In this document: piece by piece, positions 56,950 through 64,000 of the stretch
Layout: each line of letters starts with the position of its first letter
Position numbering within the stretch: position 1 is the first letter of the stretch
Assembly (NCBI GenBank): GCA_003344405.1
Contig: NOWV01000111.1
Coordinates: 1-64,000, forward strand
Direction: 5' to 3'
Length of the DNA: 64,000 nt
DNA from: Trichoplax sp. H2
Taxonomy: Eukaryota
The notes under the pieces: generated by a model
What the model was told of the DNA's origin: nothing
Seen by the model: the letters and a program-made list of their open reading frames with translations, nothing else
Database searches by the model: none
Made by a program: the position numbers and the translations under genes

Positions 56950-59900
56950 ATGGTAAGAATTCTTATCAAAGCCTAGTTATCATGTTAATGATTTTAAGCC
57001 ATGTTCTATTTCTTATTTTATTGATGTCTCACTGTAATCGATCTAATAAATAGTAATCATCACCTTCACATTTCAAAGTTTATAAACATCAGACAGCTTT
57101 CTTTCTTTCTCACAGTTTTATCAACGTTAAATTTATTGCGTTAGCAAAAAAATTCGATCTCGATATGTTGAACTAAGTCAATGTTTAGAAAATTGTCTAT
57201 CGATTCCACTCAGTCTAGAATACAATGTCTACGAAGACTATTTGTTGCCTATCACCGCCCTATAAAATGATTAGACAATAATGTGAAGTACGATGGTTAT
57301 TTCAATCAACCATGAAAGATTAAACCTTAATCGATTTAACAATTTTTTTTCTAATTTTGCTACTTTTAATACCACTACAATGTTTCAATCGATTCAAAGT
57401 TTAACATTATTACATGCGAATTTGCAAATGTTGCATACTTTTCATAATGGCTGCATGAGGAAACAATGCAGTTCGTTTAAAGATTTCCTTCCTTCGTTAG
57501 CCAATTATTGTTTTTGCCATTCCCTTTTCTACTTAAATGTAACAACAATCACTTAGAAGTTGTTATCCTAACTAATACACTTGAGCCTTGTCAGAGATTG
57601 AAATCTAAAACGGAGTTCATTTGCTTACAATTCAATCTTCTAGTATGGTTTTATACATCGTGCTTTACAAGATTTAATTGTACGCCAATATGGAGAAAAA
57701 GAATGGAAACGCATCATGTAAGTAAGAAAGGTTTTGTTTTCATTAAGATAATAATCAAGCTCTAGGTCATATCTACAGTAGAAATGGATTATCATCATAA
57801 AATACTACACCATCAATTCTTTTTGAATAAAATTCATCCATTCTCTCGAAAACTTTATGAAGTGATGATAGGCTACTATTTTGTAGTGACTAAAATATTG
57901 ACTAGCAGCGGAATATTTTCCATTTTTTTTATACTTAAGGCCTTGTACTACGATGGCACATGATAGCAAAGAGCTTATTGAAGTCTTTGCAATGCCTGAT
58001 TATTCATGCGCCCCTGTTTATTAAGGATACATCTACCGCTACACCTACATGGCTAAAGTAGTTTACTAGTCAAATATTTTCGCGCTTTTAGATAGCTGGC
58101 TGATACTATTTATGTAATTAATCCTTAGCAAGGTTTACCTCCACCCTTGTGGAGAATGCTTATTTGTGAGTTGAAGAATTAGTAATATCTCATCATTTTC
58201 TCAACTCGTCATTAGTCTGTAGAATAGCTACAACGATAAGGCCATCATTAGCATATATAGTCGCAATTCAAAGACAGCCATTTCGTGTTCTATTTCGTTT
58301 GAAGTGGTTGTTCTTACGCAAACAGCTTATCGATCATCATAATGTATTACAATCTATGTGTTCATACAGCTTGCATTTGACTAATATTATTAAGACTTGA
58401 ACAAATTGTCTTAGGAAAGGAACAATGTGATCTCATCTGGTTGAAGAGATAACTTGATTATTCTAATAATTAGCAAGATTATGGATAATGCAACTTTACA
58501 ATACATATTGCTGTACATAGTATCTGATATTTCCTTATCGATTTAGAAAATTGAATAGCCAGAGTAGATATAGGTCTAAATCAGTATAACTAATTAATTC
58601 TGAAGCATTCATGAAATCTTTCACATGTTATTCATTAAAATAATCATCCACATGATGTTATTTTTGTAATTTTACAATATTGACAACAACTCACTATCAC
58701 GATCAGTATGATTTGTTTATAAAGTGCTAGACTATTCGGCTATTTCTCTTCATCAGACTTTCAGTCTTTTTGCAACAGTTTTAATTCTCCATCTAAATAA
58801 TCATGCTCAAAAATAGTCATTCTTTGGTGATAGTCGAAGTTTAAATACCATGTAGTTAAAGAAAGTTTCCTAACCTTTTCAGATTAATAATACAATCACA
58901 TCAATTTCTATCATATAGGCTTTATGTTTTATAGATTTTATAGGTTTACAAGACCGTCTAAAATCGATAATTTAGATAATTCTATATTGTTTTCCATGAT
59001 TTACACGCATTTTTATGATTCTAATGATAATATTTAAAGTAGTTGCGTTACCAGCTACTCATACGTGGCAGAACTATCTTAACAGTGTTATTGTAACTAG
59101 ATTCTGTTACGTTGAATTCAAAAATTAATAAATAAATATTGTTATTGATAATTGATGATTATAGTGATAAAGCTGGTATACAAGAAGAAAGCCGAGCTTT
59201 CTTACTACATCAAAGCTACGATGATGCATTAACTGTTAAGTTGGTAGCGACCGCTTGCGAAGTTTTAGGTAAATTAATTGTCATAGTTGATTAGTAATTC
59301 ACCGTAATCGATCAAGTAGAACCTAATGCTAATCGCTTTTATCGTTCTTAATGATATTAATTTCATGCAATTGTGTAACAATTTATACTGGCCCATTCAG
59401 TCATTATTAATTCCTACGTATATTAAAATGGAATCGTAATACTATGATAACAGAAGCTGTATTGGCAAACCTACATTCGTATACATATACTTATTTTCTA
59501 GTCAATCGAAGAATGGTAATATCATTCATTAAGCTTTAATTTACATATATAGTTTAGTTTATAACCTTTAGTCATAAAGTTTGAATTTAATTCTCCTCAA
59601 CTTACATTTACAGCTGTTTTCGTCATCGTTGTCCAATCATCTACATGTACCGATTAAATTAGATTGATAATTAATTAATAAGGGTCGATGCCTAGTCATC
59701 AACGTTATGATAACCCAAACTCAACATGATAAAGATCCAATAGGCGATTGCAATTATTTCTGATAAATCTATAATAAAATCGTCATACAAAGTACTAATT
59801 GTCCCCAATATATCAAATTCGACTAGAAATAAACACTAAGTATTCATTTCGACTTTTATACTAACCGTTATCGCAATCTAAACCGGCTAGTTCATTTTCG

Positions 59901-62900
59901 TTCTTATGAATATACTCTCAAGAACTTTATAATTAACCATTCATTTAGCTAGGTCATAATACATCTGTATTAAGTACTTAAAAGGGTATAAAAACTAGTA
60001 TAGCTTTGCGGGGTATACCCATGTCTTAGACAATCGACCTGGCGGAACGGAAATAAGTACCAGTACTTGCTAAATCGCTCAGCTCTACTCCTTAACTTTA
60101 TTTATACCATATTTTATATTGTCTATCTAACTAATTACATCTATTTGCATATGTTCACCTTGAAGTACTGGTATTGCTATTATTTATGGATTTCTACTTT
60201 TAAATAATGTATTGGTTGTAATCAAAAATGACTTTATATAAAATTTTTATATTAGCAAGTATCATTAAGGTTAGTAAACCAGGTTCAATATGAATACATC
60301 TATACCGGCTATCACAACCTAGTTAAACAATATTATATTTACAGTAAGTTATTAGGAAAATAGTCTTAGTTTAATTCTGTTAAAACCTAATTAATTTGGA
60401 AAATGTCTAATTTGGTGTATAATTTATGACGTCAGAAATGAATGATTAATTAATTAATGGAAAGGTAAGCAAAAGCATTTATCCCTCGCATTAGTATGTG
60501 GGTAACAGTTTATGATTAATAATTAATGTCAAGCAGCAATGCTAGAAGATTATATTTTTGTATTTCATAAGTGCAATCTATTCCAAATTTAGTATTTTGA
60601 CGGCGATTGCATAGGCTGATGCTTCTCAAATCTACTGTGCTGAGTAATAAAGCAGAAATAATACCAAAATCCATCATTTATATTTTGAGTTATTTAAAAT
60701 GTATTAAAATCATAGCCGACTAGATCTAGGGTACTCATTTTATAATAAATACTCATGAAATCCCTAGATTTTTAGTTTTAAATTGTAAAATTGTAACCTA
60801 AAGTCTACAGAAATCAGAACACTACTCCCACGGCAAACTGATAAACAACATAAAATACTCGAAGTTCGCGTATGATAAAGATACGTTGATAGGATCGAGA
60901 TAAGTTCAGAAAGAAAACGTTAAATTCTTGTTGTGGTTGTACGTCAGTGTTTGCATTTCTGCAGTTTACTACAATAAATATTATAACGAGACACATCACC
61001 ATCGACAAAAATTAATAAAATATAAACTTTTATATTTTCATTGACACATCGATGAGTGTCTCGTCGGACCAGGATTTGAAGGTTTTGATCAGAACACAAA
61101 CAAGAAATACTCGAAGTACTCGTCTGCATTGATCGTGTAAACGAACCTTAAGAAAAATCTCACACTCTTTATCATCATTAGTACATTTATAGCAAGAAAA
61201 CATTAACTTCTCTCAGTTGATGAAATTGATTCATTTTCATACATTAACTACATATTTTAGATATTTACTGGACATATGTGTAATAAATCATTTATCAGAT
61301 AGTGCGTATAGATTGTTTTCCACGTACCTGCAGTTGTATTAATTACCATTGAATAGTTAAAAATTTTAGCTGTTATGTTTGCTATTATAAATGTTGAGGA
61401 AGAATAAATTTATAAATTTAATTACATATTGTGTATAGTATCGTTTACTTCAATGATAATATCGGTATAGGCTCAGCGATAATTAATATATAGTTAGTAA
61501 CATCGATTTTCTAGAATCTAGCGAACACGTTATAATTATAAGCTATTGAAAGTATTATTTGATAAAAAAATTCTATAATTTAATACTATACATATTGCAA
61601 TATGTTTCATAGGCAGCAGAATGGAAGATATGTTGGAGAAATTCGGAGAACATTTCTTCCAATATTGTGTAGATAATGGTTATGATCGCATCTTACGGGT
61701 ATTAGGCAGTACACTATATGACTTCTTATTTAATTTAGACGCTCTACATGATCATTTAGGGTCTAGCTATCATGGTATGAATGCACCATCATTTCGTTGT
61801 ACTTCATCACTCGATGGCAATATCATTTTGCATTATTATTCTCTACGACATGGTCTATATCCAATTGTCACTGGTATAGTTAAAACCGCAGCAAAACAAA
61901 TTCATAATGCTGAAGTTAAAATTCAAGTGATATCAGTTTCAACAACCAGTAAAGGTAAATGCCATGTTCAAATGTTAATATCCCAAGCCAATAGTTCCAG
62001 TTCTAATGCTAGTTTTATCCAAACAACCGCACCTCAATCACCTGTACGATTTAATCGATCATTATCATCACCACCAGCATTTAATTCCAATACCGCCATC
62101 ACAACGAATAATAAAGTACGCATTAAAGTTGGAACGTTTTGTCAAGCATTCCCTTTTCATATTGTGTTTAATCGTGATTTAAAAATAACCCAAGCTGGCA
62201 ATTCAATCCGTCGTGTACTCAAATTACCAGCAGATTTACCTACTGCTAATATTCATTTCAATACTTTATTTCAATTGGATCGTCCACAAATGAGATTTAA
62301 CTTTAAAAATGTTATCAGCCATATAAATATTGTTTTCATTATCTCTACAATCAATGAATTATCAGACTCAGCAGCATACCAACATCAACCACAATATACT
62401 AATCATAGCCAACAACTCCACCGACAACAAAGTTGCGAAAATTTTGATAATTCTGCAACAGATGATACGAGTAATGGTAGACATCGTCACAATAGTCAGA
62501 GTGGAAACTGTGTTTCTAATACTATCAAATTAAAAGGTCAAATGGTTTATGTTCATGAATCTGATAGCATGTTATTTCTGTGCTCGCCAAGGTTTAGTAA
62601 TCTGGAAGAATTAACACAGCAAGGATTCTTTCTAAGCGATTTTCCTATCCATGATACAACTCGTGATGTTGTGCTAATGTCTCATATCCAGCGTAATCGT
62701 CGTGATTTAGTTCAATTACGTGAACAAGCTACTAATGAATTACAAATATTGGAAATAAAATTAAGGGCAGATAAAAAACGTACCGACGATTTACTCCATT
62801 CTATTTTACCAATTCGTATTGTCAATCAACTACGTTTAGCTCCTCGAGATCCCATTCATGAACGTTATGCCATGGTTACGGTACTTTTTAGCGATATCGT

Positions 62901-64000
62901 GGGTTTTACAGCATTATGTTCATCATCAGATATTGATCCATTGCAAGTTGTACGTATGTTAGATGAATTATACCTGAGCTTTGACGAATTGTGCAATTTT
63001 AACGATGTCTACAAGGTAAGCTGAACCATGTTATATATGTATCATAAAATGAGAATCGCTGCGTAAATTTGTATATTTTGGAATATCAAAATTATTACCT
63101 ATGCTAAAATATTCATGTACTTCTCTAGTTGTGATAGAGAATCCGATAGCGTAGTAAGAATTGATTTAGTAGCTATAGAGATGGAAACAAATATAATTTA
63201 GTAGGACAGCGAATTTATTATTGTGTGTTGTGATCGTGTAAGATTGAAAGTAGTTACTGTAGGTAAGTTGCTAGCTGTTGTAAAATAACATGAAACATGA
63301 GTAAAAATCATTAACAATCATCACAGAATAATGGGTAACTGTAACAATAATAGAAATATGAACTAGATATCACTAATACTTATACCTATGAAATAGAGCA
63401 CATATGGAGAATAGTAACGTAGAATATGCATACTGTAACAGTCAATATTAGATCATTGAAAGCAGTGATGGTAAGGTAATGGGAACCATGCGTAACTAAA
63501 TGCGGTAATTTGTATTCGTATAAAAGTGTGGAAAAACTGCAATTGACCTTTATCTTGAAGAGTAATTAGCCAAAATAATGGTACTGTATAATCTGCATTA
63601 GTGTAATTTTTCCTTTAAGTCTGTGATCTTTAATGATTAAGTGGCAGTTTATATAGCTGCAGCTTATTGGGATAGCGAAATATCTGCCTTGCTAATATAT
63701 TTAAAGTAAGATAGTTATTAATTTCGTAGCAAATTTTACAGCTGTGTTTTTATATTTGTTGTAAGATATTTCTTCAACCTCACGAGCTTAAGATATGAAA
63801 GTTAAAGTTATCCTTGCCTCAATAGCAATTTTTTTATAGCTATAATTTATCACTAACTGAATAGGTGGAAACGATTGGCGATGCGTATATGATAGTTAGT
63901 GGTGTGCCTGATCCATGTTTCAATCATGCTAATAAGGTAATAAGTATGGCATTCGATATGATGGATGTGACCAAAGGAGTCCTATCGCCGGTAGATAAAT
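56950..64000 (+). CDS. GUCY1B: Soluble guanylate cyclase beta subunit (H-NOX/PAS/coiled coil/cyclase), truncated at the window edge
   Basis: Exons: ATG 56950-56952 (inferred), 57644-57717 YGFIHRALQDL, 59165-59268 YDDALT, 61613-63015, 63865-64000 VETIGDAYM. Heme-ligand His in NLDALHDHL, APSFRC, YxSxR (YYSLR), AFPFH, LKGQM, LSDFPIHD, VTVLFSDIVGFT. Confidence 0.95.

Noticed and set aside
60814..61129. Two short minus-strand ORFs in an sGC intron, possible nested gene or TE remnant
   Set aside because: No recognisable domain, termini or splice pattern; BLASTX would be needed.

Overview
AT-rich, intron-rich animal genomic DNA. Short GT-AG introns, a giant LRR-GPCR and ACAGT microsatellites suggest a placozoan such as Trichoplax (inference). 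Genes reconstructed by hand from spliced exons: (+) an LRR-GPCR with about 46 one-repeat-per-exon LRR exons plus a single 7TM exon (809-15926, 5' end not found); (-) a CNK/CNKSR scaffold (SAM-CRIC-PDZ-PH); (-) CCDC174; (+) EXOSC8/RRP43; (-) a C-terminal piece of a DPY19L3-like C-mannosyltransferase; (+) the TRNT1 CCA-adding enzyme; (-) an NWD1/NWD2-like DUF4062-NACHT-WD40 protein; (+) a soluble guanylate cyclase beta subunit running off the right edge. From about 25 to 46 kb every gene has frameshifts or missing exons, which indicates either poor consensus/misassembly or a decaying duplicate. Non-coding highlights: two inverted ~0.6 kb TG...CA solo-LTR-like elements, both flanked by the same CTGAT duplication; ACAGT/ACTGT arrays in both compact head-to-head promoters; and a ~0.8 kb duplication across a 20-N gap. 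All homology calls come from recalled family motifs, not database searches.
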